DNA from: Candidatus Nomurabacteria bacterium
Lineage (GTDB): Bacteria; Patescibacteriota; Saccharimonadia; Saccharimonadales; VXPC01
Length of the DNA stretch: 64,000 bases
Direction: 5' to 3'
Assembly (NCBI GenBank): GCA_020631905.1
Contig: JACKGQ010000001.1
Span: forward strand, 357,854-421,853
A program made the position numbers and the translations under genes. The notes under the pieces were generated by a model. It was given only the letters and a program-made list of their open reading frames with translations, made no database searches and was not told the DNA's origin. Shown here in pieces: positions 1 through 9,159 of this stretch (its first letter is position 1; the number at the start of each line of letters is the position of its first letter).

Positions 1-775
<775 letters not shown>

Positions 776-1058
776 TGATTTATATATTCGCTAAATTGTG
801 GAGTATATAGACTCTTTTTGAGAGTTTATTTCAACTCCATTAACTGGTTTAACCAGCGTGCGAGTATATAAATTCTTCCCTAGGGAAGAGATGTGTCAAA
901 TGGTTTGTTCTTGGTGTTTTATAACACCCACACAATAATAAATATGACTCTATGTGAGTCAACGATTCGACCGCCTTAATTGGACGTCGAAAAATGTCGC
1001 CGAGCAGCTGGCACCTCGTTTTACTGAGGTTTATTGCCTAAACTTCGTCGCGACATCT

Positions 1059-1172
1059 TTCGGTGCCCATAGCGATCGGGAAACACCTGTTCCCATCCCG
1101 AACACAGAAGTTAAGCCGATCTACGGTTACAATACTGCAGCTTAAGCTGTGGGAAAATAGCAAGGTGCCGAA
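1059..1172 (+). rRNA. rrf: 5S rRNA
   Basis: Conserved 5S core cctgttcccatcccgaacacagaagttaagc. Terminal helix I pairs ttcggtgcc (1059-1067) with ggtgccgaa (1164-1172): 9 bp including 2 G-U pairs. Length 114 nt. Confidence 0.9.
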
Positions 1173-1181
1173 TTATGCTTC

Positions 1182-1213
1182 AGAGCCTCCTTAATGGGAG
1201 GCTCTTTGCTTTT
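1182..1213 (+). terminator. Rho-independent terminator of the rRNA operon
   Basis: Stem agagcctcc / ggaggctct with loop ttaatg, followed by ttgctttt. A second 9-bp hairpin aggagggga-gta-tcccctcct follows at 1214-1234. Confidence 0.7.
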
Positions 1214-1344
1214 AGGAGGGGAGTATCCCCTCCTAACGCGCAGGGCACCGGAATAAATCCGGTACTCTGGCTGTTCTCCCCTGGAATATGTATAGATTTT
1301 AGCGAAGTGAATCGCCAAGATCTATAATGCTATAATCAATCAAT

Positions 1345-1920
1345 ATGCGTAAACCATACGTAAAAGACCTAAGGGTACTAGATGGGCAACTAAAAGGGTT
1401 GCTAGATGATGAGATTGTAGATCGTAGCGAGGTGGGTGTGCTGCAAGATAGAATTAATAGCTTTAGTGATAGCTACACCGACGAAGATTTAGGGGAACAC
1501 GCTTACAAACTATACGAGATACAAGCCTACGCACTCTTTCTAAAGGATGACATTAAAAACGCAGAGAAGTTCTTGAGTGATGCTATTAGTCTTAGGGGAA
1601 GGAATTATTATGAAGCTAGTGTTCTCTCAAGGTTTATTGAGGATAAGAAAATTTACATACAAAAGTATGTTGTGAATCAAGTCAAACATCATGGAAAAGT
1701 TGAAATTCTAAAAGGGCTTGCTTGGTTTATCGTGGCCACAATAATAACTTCTGTTTCTTACGCATGGGCCGGTAGCCGAGCAGAGAGTTCCGCTGACGGT
1801 GAGTCAAGTTACTATGTTTTTTGGGGCGCGATGCTATTTGGCTTATACACACTTGGAAGAGGGATCTATCTCTATGCTAGCTCTTACGCTAAAGCCAAAC
1901 AAATATTGGATAGGCTGTAA
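1345..1920 (+). CDS. hypothetical protein with soluble helical N-terminal part and two C-terminal TM segments
   Basis: 191-aa ORF. Hydrophobic stretches LAWFIVATIITSVSYAW and VFWGAMLFGLYTLGRGIYLYA. I recognise no family. Confidence 0.5.
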   Translation: MRKPYVKDLRVLDGQLKGLLDDEIVDRSEVGVLQDRINSFSDSYTDEDLGEHAYKLYEIQAYALFLKDDIKNAEKFLSDAISLRGRNYYEASVLSRFIEDKKIYIQKYVVNQVKHHGKVEILKGLAWFIVATIITSVSYAWAGSRAESSADGESSYYVFWGAMLFGLYTLGRGIYLYASSYAKAKQILDRL

Positions 1921-1922
1921 GA

Positions 1923-2561
1923 TTAAGGGAGTAATTTAAACTTGGGTGGTGGGTTTAGTTTTTGGCGGCGGGTGATTATCATTAGGGCAAAACCGCCGTT
2001 TAGTACTGCCCACACGGCTGGCCACAGGGTAGCTAGCAGGCTGTAGTTTTCGATTGCCAGCAGGGCAAAACCAAACCTAAAGGTGTTGGTTACGTAAAGC
2101 GACAGGGTCTCGGTATACGGTTTATGCCAGGTTTTACGTACAGTTGGGGCAATTGCCAGCACATCGGCAATAACAGCCAAAATAATCGACCACTCGGGCA
2201 AATCTGCTAACAGCCAAAAGGCAATGGCCCCTAGCGCCAATATAAACACAGCTGTGTCGAACTTAGTTATATATTTGGTGCCTTGCTTAAAGCCAAAATA
2301 AGTCACCCCTACAGACAGCACCCCGGCTGCCACTGTAATGTAAGTGCCAGGCCCAGCACCGCCCTTAAACTGCAAAGCAGCAATCAGAATGGTTAACAGT
2401 GCCCATAAGAACCAGCTGTAGAGGTGCGGGTGGGTTTTACCTCTAAACAAGTCTCGATAGTACGGCACATAGCCAACAAAAGTTAAAACAACCGCAACAA
2501 TTCCTATAACTTCTTTCATGAATAGAAGTATACATAAACAAGTACGCAAACTATAAATCAA
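1923..2561 (-). CDS. multi-pass integral membrane protein (unknown family)
   Basis: 212-aa ORF that is almost entirely hydrophobic helices (about 6-7 TM). The ATG at 2519 (MKEVIGIVAV...) is an equally plausible start. Confidence 0.6.
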   Translation of the reverse strand: MIYSLRTCLCILLFMKEVIGIVAVVLTFVGYVPYYRDLFRGKTHPHLYSWFLWALLTILIAALQFKGGAGPGTYITVAAGVLSVGVTYFGFKQGTKYITKFDTAVFILALGAIAFWLLADLPEWSIILAVIADVLAIAPTVRKTWHKPYTETLSLYVTNTFRFGFALLAIENYSLLATLWPAVWAVLNGGFALMIITRRQKLNPPPKFKLLP

Positions 2562-2608
2562 GCCAAGATACCTGTTTTTGATCTGTTAGTTCCTTTTAGG
2601 CAAAAAAT

Positions 2609-2637
2609 TTGATAAGTAATCCATAAAGTGTTATAAT
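2609..2637 (+). promoter_or_regulatory. sigma70-type promoter for the 2666 gene
   Basis: ttgata (2609-2614), a 17-nt spacer, then tataat (2632-2637), about 29 nt upstream of the ATG. Confidence 0.45.
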
Positions 2638-2665
2638 GATAGCTGTAAAAGTAAAATAAAAAAAG

Positions 2666-3211
2666 ATGAAAACAGAATCAATTTCAAGCACACTCCCCGA
2701 CATAATATTGGAGGGCGGTGTCACCAACGAGAACGCTCCATGCGCTCTAGATATAGCGCAAAGACTACAGGGTCTTGGTGTAGCTAGTGATGCCATTGCC
2801 GGCACTACGGTGATAGTTGATGACAGGAATAGGCTCACAACAAGGGGCTCTGCATGGCCTGCGGGTCTGGCAAAAATAAGGTTTCGCAAGTATAAACCTG
2901 AAGGGCCTGTTATTTCCTTAGGGACAAAACTCAGAGGTAAACCCATCACACCTGATCAACGCGATACTACGGTTCAGCACGAGCTGATTCACGTTGCGCA
3001 AGATCTAGATCCGAATAATCACAAGATTGAACAAGGATGGGCATTAAGAGTAGGTGCAATAGCAGCCGGAGCAGTTCTTGGCTATAAGGTGGCTGGAGCA
3101 AAGGGTGCTTTTGCGGGTGTCGTGCTGGGTGACAGGCTTGGTTATACCTATGGGCCACATGAAGTCGAAGCTAGAAAACTGTCGAATAAGGGCGGCACCA
3201 GTATTAGGTAA
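2666..3211 (+). CDS. hypothetical small HExxH protein (putative metallopeptidase-like)
   Basis: 181 aa. HELIH motif (TTVQHELIHVAQD) followed by a Gly/Ala-rich hydrophobic segment. Its 3' end overlaps the convergent 3204 gene by 8 nt. Confidence 0.5.
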   Translation: MKTESISSTLPDIILEGGVTNENAPCALDIAQRLQGLGVASDAIAGTTVIVDDRNRLTTRGSAWPAGLAKIRFRKYKPEGPVISLGTKLRGKPITPDQRDTTVQHELIHVAQDLDPNNHKIEQGWALRVGAIAAGAVLGYKVAGAKGAFAGVVLGDRLGYTYGPHEVEARKLSNKGGTSIR

Positions 3212-3857
3212 GAGCTAGGATTTCTTGTGGGGTCATGTGGGCGAGGTCTTGGATTTTTAGGTTAGGGTTTTTGGCTAGGACTTGGTCAATAAACCACACT
3301 CCAGCTTTATAAACTATCCATTTGCGGCCTGATTCGGGGTCGTAGAACTTATACTTGCGCCAATCGTCCCAACTTAACTCTTTGGGCAGAGTTTGAAGCA
3401 TAGCAAACATGGCATCCGGGTTCTCGCCAACTAGTGGCATGGCGTAATCAACCGGTCTACCAGTGGTCTCACGCTCGTATACGCAAGCAGCGCCTTCCAT
3501 GATTGCCTGGCTAACCATATCGGTAGCGTTGGTATATTTGCTTTCAAACATTGCCCAGCCCTGGGCTATGTGAAACATCTCGTGCTTAATTGTAGCCTCT
3601 AGTGCTTGCATTTGTAGTGCTTTATCTGCAAATTCGGGGGCAAAACTCAAGTGCAGCAGGCTAGGTGTAACAGTGGCGCCACCACAACCATAATCTTCCA
3701 TCAGCTGATTATTGTCCCACTCCCAAGTTACGGTATCCGGTATTCCAGGCAGCTCTGCTCGAACTTGATCGACCCACCCCTTAACTAGCGGCTCCAAGGG
3801 TTCAGTAATAGATTTATCAACTGGCATCGGTTGCCATTTCATAGACTCATCATTCAT
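3204..3857 (-). CDS. putative Zn-dependent peptidase (HExxH; DUF2268-like by memory)
   Basis: 217 aa. HEMFH motif (TIKHEMFHIAQG) with a downstream MEGAACVYE that could supply the third ligand. The family assignment is from memory only. Confidence 0.55.
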   Translation of the reverse strand: MNDESMKWQPMPVDKSITEPLEPLVKGWVDQVRAELPGIPDTVTWEWDNNQLMEDYGCGGATVTPSLLHLSFAPEFADKALQMQALEATIKHEMFHIAQGWAMFESKYTNATDMVSQAIMEGAACVYERETTGRPVDYAMPLVGENPDAMFAMLQTLPKELSWDDWRKYKFYDPESGRKWIVYKAGVWFIDQVLAKNPNLKIQDLAHMTPQEILALT

Positions 3858-3987
3858 AAAAGAATATTAACACGTTTACATAATTGTAAAGTTAAGTAAA
3901 AAGTTATACAATATGTTTATAATTCCTTCGAAAGTTCGAGGGTCGCTCATAGCAGAGTAAGGGAGGGCTCGTAATCCTAATACGGGC

Positions 3988-4503
3988 ATGTACATCAAGG
4001 AGGTGAGCCAAGTGGCTCGCGTTGAAATTTCCGATGGTCCATCGCCCTGGCACTTAATGCTGGCGATGTTCGACCCACACCCCGAGAATGCGCACGGTGA
4101 GCGTATCGTGATATTCAGGCTCAAGGTTGGGCCAGGGTGGCCTCTGAATGTCAAGGTGCGTGGAGTCGTGCGTCCCAAGCGAGAGAGTATGAACGACCCG
4201 TGGACAATCGTGGGTGACGCCATGAACCTGCCGAGGGGCTACTACTACTACGATGGGCTCGAAGTTCACTGGGATCCGTTCGGCCGTGAGGGCTGGATCG
4301 ATCTGGAGCTGACGTCGTCATGCCATGCGGCGGTGATTCGCGCCACGCTTGCCGATGGTATTCTGGCTGGTTATTGCAGTCGGTGTGATCGGCCGGTTAC
4401 AAGAATTCACCCGGTCAGCGGTAAGCTCGAATGGCTCGATGGCGCTTCGCTATGGTCGAACGAAGTGCACGAAGAGGTGGTCATGCTGTACAACCGGAAC
4501 TGA
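3988..4503 (+). CDS. hypothetical protein, compositionally foreign (G+C-rich)
   Basis: 171-aa ORF with an intrinsic terminator just downstream. Hand-counted G+C in three 60-nt lines (4021, 4081, 4261) is 53%, 60% and 60%, against 37% in line 4621. C-terminal CxxC (CSRCDRP). No recognisable family. Confidence 0.6.
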   Translation: MYIKEVSQVARVEISDGPSPWHLMLAMFDPHPENAHGERIVIFRLKVGPGWPLNVKVRGVVRPKRESMNDPWTIVGDAMNLPRGYYYYDGLEVHWDPFGREGWIDLELTSSCHAAVIRATLADGILAGYCSRCDRPVTRIHPVSGKLEWLDGASLWSNEVHEEVVMLYNRN

Positions 4504-4553
4504 TTTGGAAGATGTACGGGTGTGGTGAGCTGAAATAGGACTCACCAGCCCTG

Positions 4554-4581
4554 GCGACTTGATTAATCAAGTCGCTTTTTA
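4554..4581 (+). terminator. Rho-independent terminator after the G+C-rich ORF
   Basis: Perfect 22-nt palindrome gcgacttgatt/aatcaagtcgc followed by ttttt. Confidence 0.7.
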
Positions 4582-4620
4582 ATTGTTGTGGGGTACTATT
4601 TAATCCTTGTTCTTAAAGTT

Positions 4621-4697
4621 GAAACTAGGCGTATGAAAGATACGAATTTATTGTTTTGGTGCCAAGATAACACCTTGAGTGAAAAGTTTTTTACAAA
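4621..4697 (+). repeat. Direct repeat copy 1 (partner 5378-5453): duplicated RBS plus 5' end of the VOC gene
   Basis: gaaactagg...atgaaag...aatttattgttttggtgccaagataacaccttgagtgaaaagtttt. A 46-nt perfect core (4645-4690 = 5402-5447), with 4 mismatches in the 24 nt before it. Confidence 0.85.
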
Positions 4698-4728
4698 AGA
4701 CGGCTCTAGACAGTCTTACATTTATTAG
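4633..4728 (+). pseudogene. Truncated 5' fragment of a VOC/glyoxalase-family gene (32 codons, then stop)
   Basis: Encodes MKDTNLLFWCQDNTLSEKFF... compared with the intact gene MKVTNLLFWCQDNTLSEKFY... at 5390. Similarity ends at c.4697 and the frame stops at tag 4726-4728. Confidence 0.65.
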
Positions 4729-4850
4729 GATTATATAATCCTAATTCTTTTAAGGTTTGTACTTAAGCTTCCTGATGCGTTCTAGGCGTTTAAGTCGGTT
4801 TTTCTCTCTTAGTTTCTTAGCACGGTCTAGATTTAAATAGAGTCGATTAG

Positions 4851-5288
4851 TTAATTTTGGAAATGAATACCCATGGTTGTTACGGATGAAATAGGGAAAA
4901 TAAACAACATCCCAGGCAACAATAGAAATATTAATGGTTTACTGATAAGCACAGAGGCATAAGCTAGCCCAACGCACTGGCCGATATATATCCCAAATAA
5001 CAGTAACTTGTAAAAAAAGTTCTGAAAAGGGTGATTCTTGATGTAAATATATTCTGATGACGGCTTAGGACAGTGTCTTCCGCCACCAGTTAGAGTTCCA
5101 CTGATTTCACTCATTAGTTCAAGCCTCTCGCTAAAGTGCCTCTGATTTACTGGTGCTCCACAATAGCGATTTTTCTTTTTTGAACCTATGGCAGTAAACC
5201 TTTTATACGTATGTCTAACTAATATAAAAACCAGAATAGGTGACAGGAATACGAATAAGAGCAAACTGTAACCTGTTAGATAATCCAT
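4851..5288 (-). CDS. hypothetical membrane protein
   Basis: 145 aa with one N-terminal and two or three C-terminal hydrophobic helices. It lies inside the AT-rich segment bracketed by the 4621/5378 direct repeats. Confidence 0.45.
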   Translation of the reverse strand: MDYLTGYSLLLFVFLSPILVFILVRHTYKRFTAIGSKKKNRYCGAPVNQRHFSERLELMSEISGTLTGGGRHCPKPSSEYIYIKNHPFQNFFYKLLLFGIYIGQCVGLAYASVLISKPLIFLLLPGMLFIFPISSVTTMGIHFQN

Positions 5289-5389
5289 AGTCCTTAGTAT
5301 ACAGCTTAAGCATTCTCAATCCGTTGATAAGCGTATACTGTTGTAAGATTTACTTTGAAAACAAATCAGTATAGTTCGAAACTAGGTAT

Positions 5390-5764
5390 ATGAAAGTTAC
5401 AAATTTATTGTTTTGGTGCCAAGATAACACCTTGAGTGAAAAGTTTTACAAAAAGCTCGGATTTGAGCGGGTCGAGGGTGACGATCAATACACTAGGCTT
5501 AGATTGGGTGGTTTTGAAGTTGTGCTGATTACTATGCGCGACGAAGACGAATTCGCCAAAGACAGTCTTAACCCCGAAAAAGGTCGGGGTATGTATGTTT
5601 ATCTGCAGGTCGAAGATGTCGATGCCGAATACACTCGGCAGTTAAAGATTGGCCTTAAACCGTCTACCGAGCCCCAAAACTGGCCTTGGGGAAATCGCGA
5701 GTTTATCCTCAAAGACCCAGATGGTTATAAGTTGGTATTTTGGCAAAAAGTGGGGAATTCATGA
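5390..5764 (+). CDS. VOC (glyoxalase/bleomycin-resistance/dioxygenase) family protein
   Basis: 124 aa. Typical VOC beta-alpha-beta-beta-beta pattern, ending FILKDPDGYKLVFWQ. Confidence 0.7.
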   Translation: MKVTNLLFWCQDNTLSEKFYKKLGFERVEGDDQYTRLRLGGFEVVLITMRDEDEFAKDSLNPEKGRGMYVYLQVEDVDAEYTRQLKIGLKPSTEPQNWPWGNREFILKDPDGYKLVFWQKVGNS

Positions 5765-6246
5765 AGGTAGAGTTAAACCTAGAAGAACTTAGAGTATTTC
5801 TTAATAAAGCTGATAAGCCACATGCCGACGGCACGGCCAAGATAGTCCGCGAACCGGATGGTTCGAGTTCGATTAGCTTTGCTGACGGTAACTGGAAAAT
5901 GCACGACAACTTCTTTGGTGGTGAGCCTTATGGTGGCCGACAAGTAGTTTACTTCAAGAACCAACCAGTCTGGCTGTTTGTATATTACGGCCAGATTACC
6001 GACAAGTCGTTGGATGTACATCCTATCTATAACTTTCTTAGAAAGAGTTTACAACAAGCTCCGGTCAATGGCTTTAGTCGCGGTCCGGCGAGTTACAGGG
6101 ACGGCAGTCTTGAATACAGAAACCAGGCCACAGGTAGTCTCGAATCTTTTAAGGGCAGAGAAGTGATACTATCGAACGACACACAAGTTTACTGGGCCGA
6201 ATATATGGGAGGTTTAGTCGATATTCATGCCAGGGGCGAATATTAA
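5761..6246 (+). CDS. hypothetical protein (DUF5680-like by memory)
   Basis: The ATG at 5761 overlaps the VOC stop (ATGA), suggesting translational coupling. An alternative in-frame ATG lies at 5740. The motif HDNFFGGEPYGGRQVVYFKNQPVWLFVYYG resembles DUF5680 proteins; this is not verified. Confidence 0.55.
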   Translation: MKVELNLEELRVFLNKADKPHADGTAKIVREPDGSSSISFADGNWKMHDNFFGGEPYGGRQVVYFKNQPVWLFVYYGQITDKSLDVHPIYNFLRKSLQQAPVNGFSRGPASYRDGSLEYRNQATGSLESFKGREVILSNDTQVYWAEYMGGLVDIHARGEY

Positions 6247-6265
6247 CTATCTAAACAAAAGCATA

Positions 6266-6294
6266 TTGACACATAAGCAATAGCGTGATACAAT
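6266..6294 (+). promoter_or_regulatory. sigma70-type promoter for the KGG stress-protein gene
   Basis: ttgaca (6266-6271), a 17-nt spacer, then tacaat (6289-6294). Confidence 0.45.
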
Positions 6295-6360
6295 AGCTAC
6301 ACATAAGGAGGGGTTCCGTAATCGGGCCCCTTCTTTTTATTAATAATTAGGAGAGATGTG

Positions 6361-6585
6361 ATGGCAGGAAACGCTAAAGGTGGCAAACTAGCCGCCAAAA
6401 CTAATCGTCAACGTCATGGTGCCGACTTTTATGCCCGTATTGGTGCAAAAGGTGGCCGCAAGAGCAAAACTGGTGGTTTTGCTAGTAGTGTCGTTGGTAA
6501 AGATGGCTTGACTGGCCGCGAGCGAGCAAAACTTGTTGGCGCACGAGGTGGCACTGTTAGCCGCCGAACCAAGAGCGCTAAATAA
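6361..6585 (+). CDS. KGG-repeat general stress protein (YciG/con-10 type)
   Basis: Small basic protein with repeated KGG/GG motifs (NAKGGKLAA, GAKGGRKSKTGGF, GARGGTVSRR). SD aggag lies 7 nt upstream of ATG 6361. The ORF track starts at GTG 6358. Confidence 0.75.
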   Translation: MAGNAKGGKLAAKTNRQRHGADFYARIGAKGGRKSKTGGFASSVVGKDGLTGRERAKLVGARGGTVSRRTKSAK

Positions 6586-6597
6586 GGCACGATTTAC

Positions 6598-6629
6598 AAA
6601 AACCAGTTCAGTAAAATGAACTGGTTTTT
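6598..6629. terminator. Bidirectional terminator between convergent genes
   Basis: aaaaaccagttca-gtaaaa-tgaactggttttt. The 13-bp stem has an A-tract on one side and a T-tract on the other. Confidence 0.7.
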
Positions 6630-6634
6630 GTGTT

Positions 6635-7099
6635 TTAGTTAGTCTTTAGTAATCTTCGACGAGTTGCGCATGTCTGTTCGTCTGGTACCGACCATTTGTT
6701 TGAGCAGTTAATACAGTGGTAATTTAGGCTTCTAGATGATTGAATACCAACTAAGCGACAGTCTGGGCAGGTGGCTCGCGATAGTAGCCAATCACGGTAT
6801 GTATCTAGGCAGTCTTCGATGTGGTCGTTAGGTATCTCTATGCCGTAGTGCTTGGCGATCACGATAGCCCGTTCCCAGGCTTCACGCTCAATCTCGATTA
6901 GTTCGGTGTCGGTGTGAAAGTTTTGGTGATCGCTTAGTGCGTGGCCAAGCTCGTGGAGCAAGCTGTACGTACCGGTTGTCTGCGCAAGTTGCTCGGAGCA
7001 ATAAATGAGCTCGTTTTTGGCTGGCGACCAAACAAATTTGCTACCATCGACGAATTTAATGTCTGGGTAGTCTGTTTTTAAATTTTCTAGTAACTCCAC
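6635..7099 (-). CDS. ImmA/IrrE-like HExxH metallopeptidase-domain protein with C-terminal zinc ribbon
   Basis: 154 aa. LLHELGHALSDH motif and a C-terminal CPDC...CINC pair. It sits 5 nt downstream of the ROK gene on the same strand. Confidence 0.55.
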   Translation of the reverse strand: MELLENLKTDYPDIKFVDGSKFVWSPAKNELIYCSEQLAQTTGTYSLLHELGHALSDHQNFHTDTELIEIEREAWERAIVIAKHYGIEIPNDHIEDCLDTYRDWLLSRATCPDCRLVGIQSSRSLNYHCINCSNKWSVPDEQTCATRRRLLKTN

Positions 7100-7104
7100 G
7101 ATAT

Positions 7105-7917
7105 CTACGCTTCGCCGTCGAGCTGTTTTGCCAGTTGCCAGGCGCCCAAGATAACTGCTTCCTCAGGTCGTGATGCTTGAACTATTCTCGGTATATCGAC
7201 AAGTGGTGGTTTGATCTTTTTGAGCTCTTCGCCAAGGATATCTTTATACTTAGAAAAATGCGTACCAACTCCGCCACCGATAATTATGTAGTTGGGCTTA
7301 AACATACTTAGAATATTAATAATACCGTGGGCTAGAATTGCGCAGATTTCGTGCCAGGAGGCGGGATCGTTCAAATCAGAGGCTCGTTTACCGTAGTCGC
7401 GCACGATTGCACTACCAGAGGCCAGTTTCTCGAACATTACTAGTTGGCCATTGTGTTCTATCAGCATCTCGCCAGGTTCACTGTCGAGGTGTTCTGGGTC
7501 TAGGCGCCCATCTGTTACTACACCTCCACCAATCCCAGTGCTAACAGTTAAATAAAGGCACTGGTGCGGGTGTTCGTTGAGAGCATAGTATTCTCCTAGT
7601 CCTGCCAAATTTGCATCGTTTTCGATTCGTACTGGACTACCTAATTTTGCTTCCAGATCTGCTTGTAGGGGTACATTTTTCCAAGGTAAGTTTCCAAAGC
7701 CTATTACCTTACCATGGTGTCTATCTATTTTTCCTGGAGCACCAATTACAATTGTTCCGTCGCTTTTAGGTTTGCCTTCTAGGGCTTTTGCTACTGCCAA
7801 GACTAGATCTGCATATTCTTTAGGTGTTTCAAACTTGATACTCGTAACAATCTCGCCAGCTTCATCTAGCCAGGCGATGAGTGTTTTTGTGCCCCCGATG
7901 TCGATACAGATTCTCAT
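7105..7917 (-). CDS. ROK-family sugar kinase (glucokinase-like)
   Basis: N-terminal ICIDIGGTKT, ENDANLAGLGE and TVSTGIGGGVV. The usual CxCGxxGCxE zinc motif is absent. Confidence 0.8.
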   Translation of the reverse strand: MRICIDIGGTKTLIAWLDEAGEIVTSIKFETPKEYADLVLAVAKALEGKPKSDGTIVIGAPGKIDRHHGKVIGFGNLPWKNVPLQADLEAKLGSPVRIENDANLAGLGEYYALNEHPHQCLYLTVSTGIGGGVVTDGRLDPEHLDSEPGEMLIEHNGQLVMFEKLASGSAIVRDYGKRASDLNDPASWHEICAILAHGIINILSMFKPNYIIIGGGVGTHFSKYKDILGEELKKIKPPLVDIPRIVQASRPEEAVILGAWQLAKQLDGEA

Positions 7918-8077
7918 TCGTGCCTAGTATATACATTTTCAGGTGCGTGGGCTAGGATTTTAAGCTCGACTAGGGGTTTACAGATTACCACCCCTGATGA
8001 TAGAATGTCTCTAATCTGAAATATCAACTAATTAATTAGTCGAACTCAGAAATACGTATTAAGGAGTTAAATTAATA

Positions 8078-9133
8078 ATGTCAAAATCATTAACTATGGA
8101 TGATCTGCTAACGAGTGCAGATTTCGGTCGCCTAAACACAGGCGATGTAGTTGAAGGCACTGTACTGAATGTTAAGAAGCACGAAGTATGGGTCGATCTA
8201 GGAAATCATGGGATCGGGGTAGTATCACGCCGAGAACTAGGCCATGGTGTCAAACTAGAGGAAGGAGCAAGCGTTTCAGCCAGCGTAGTTGAGCCAGAAA
8301 CCGAAGAAGGCCATGCCTTACTTTCACTACGTCGAGCCTCGAAAGACAAGGGCTGGGATGAACTACAGAAGATTCATGACGACGGTCAAACCATTGAAGT
8401 TACTGCTTTTGATGCGAATCGTGGTGGCCTGTTGGTCGAACTCGAAGGCATACGTGGTTTCTTGCCAGTATCTCAGCTGTCTGCCGACAACTACCCAAGG
8501 GTATCTGGAACAGATAAAGATGAAATCTTACAGAAACTTCACGGCCTGATTAATAAGCCACTCAAGGTTCGGGTTTTAGATGTTAGTCGTAAAGACAACA
8601 AGCTAATTTTCTCTGAAAAAGAAGCGCTTAAAGATGCAATTTCTCAACGATTCGAAAAACTGAGCGTTGGCGATACGGTTAAAGGTGTCGTAACAGGTGT
8701 AATTGACTTTGGTGCATTCGTTAATGTCGATGGAATCGAAGGTTTAATCCATATATCAGAAATTTCCTGGGAAAGAATCGACGACCCGCGCAAACACGTT
8801 AAGGTTGGCGATCAGATAGAGGCAAAAATCATCGCTATCGATAAAGAACGCCTAAGCCTAAGCCTAAAGCAGATGACAGCCGATCCTTGGGTTAAAGAAG
8901 TCGAGAGTTTGAAGAAGGGCGATGTAGTCGAAGGTTCGGTAACTCGGATCACTCCATTTGGAGCTTTTGTACAGATTAGTCCATCTGTTGAAGCTCTGGT
9001 GCATATTTCCGAGATTGGTGGCGCCAACGATCAAGCAAACCCAGAAGAAGTATTTAAGCTAGGTGAAACCAAAAAGTTCACTATTCTAGAAGTTGACAAA
9101 GACGGTCGCAAGATTGCTCTCAGCATGAAGTAA
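8078..9133 (+). CDS. rpsA: 30S ribosomal protein S1 (four S1 domains)
   Basis: Four OB-fold S1 repeats (GDVVEGTVLNV..., GDTVKGVVTGVIDFGAFVNV, GDQIEAKIIAIDKERLSLSLKQ, GDVVEGSVTRITPFGAFVQI). An aaggag SD lies upstream. Confidence 0.9.
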   Translation: MSKSLTMDDLLTSADFGRLNTGDVVEGTVLNVKKHEVWVDLGNHGIGVVSRRELGHGVKLEEGASVSASVVEPETEEGHALLSLRRASKDKGWDELQKIHDDGQTIEVTAFDANRGGLLVELEGIRGFLPVSQLSADNYPRVSGTDKDEILQKLHGLINKPLKVRVLDVSRKDNKLIFSEKEALKDAISQRFEKLSVGDTVKGVVTGVIDFGAFVNVDGIEGLIHISEISWERIDDPRKHVKVGDQIEAKIIAIDKERLSLSLKQMTADPWVKEVESLKKGDVVEGSVTRITPFGAFVQISPSVEALVHISEIGGANDQANPEEVFKLGETKKFTILEVDKDGRKIALSMK

Positions 9134-9159
9134 ATAAATCCACACGAAAGGAGGCTGAC

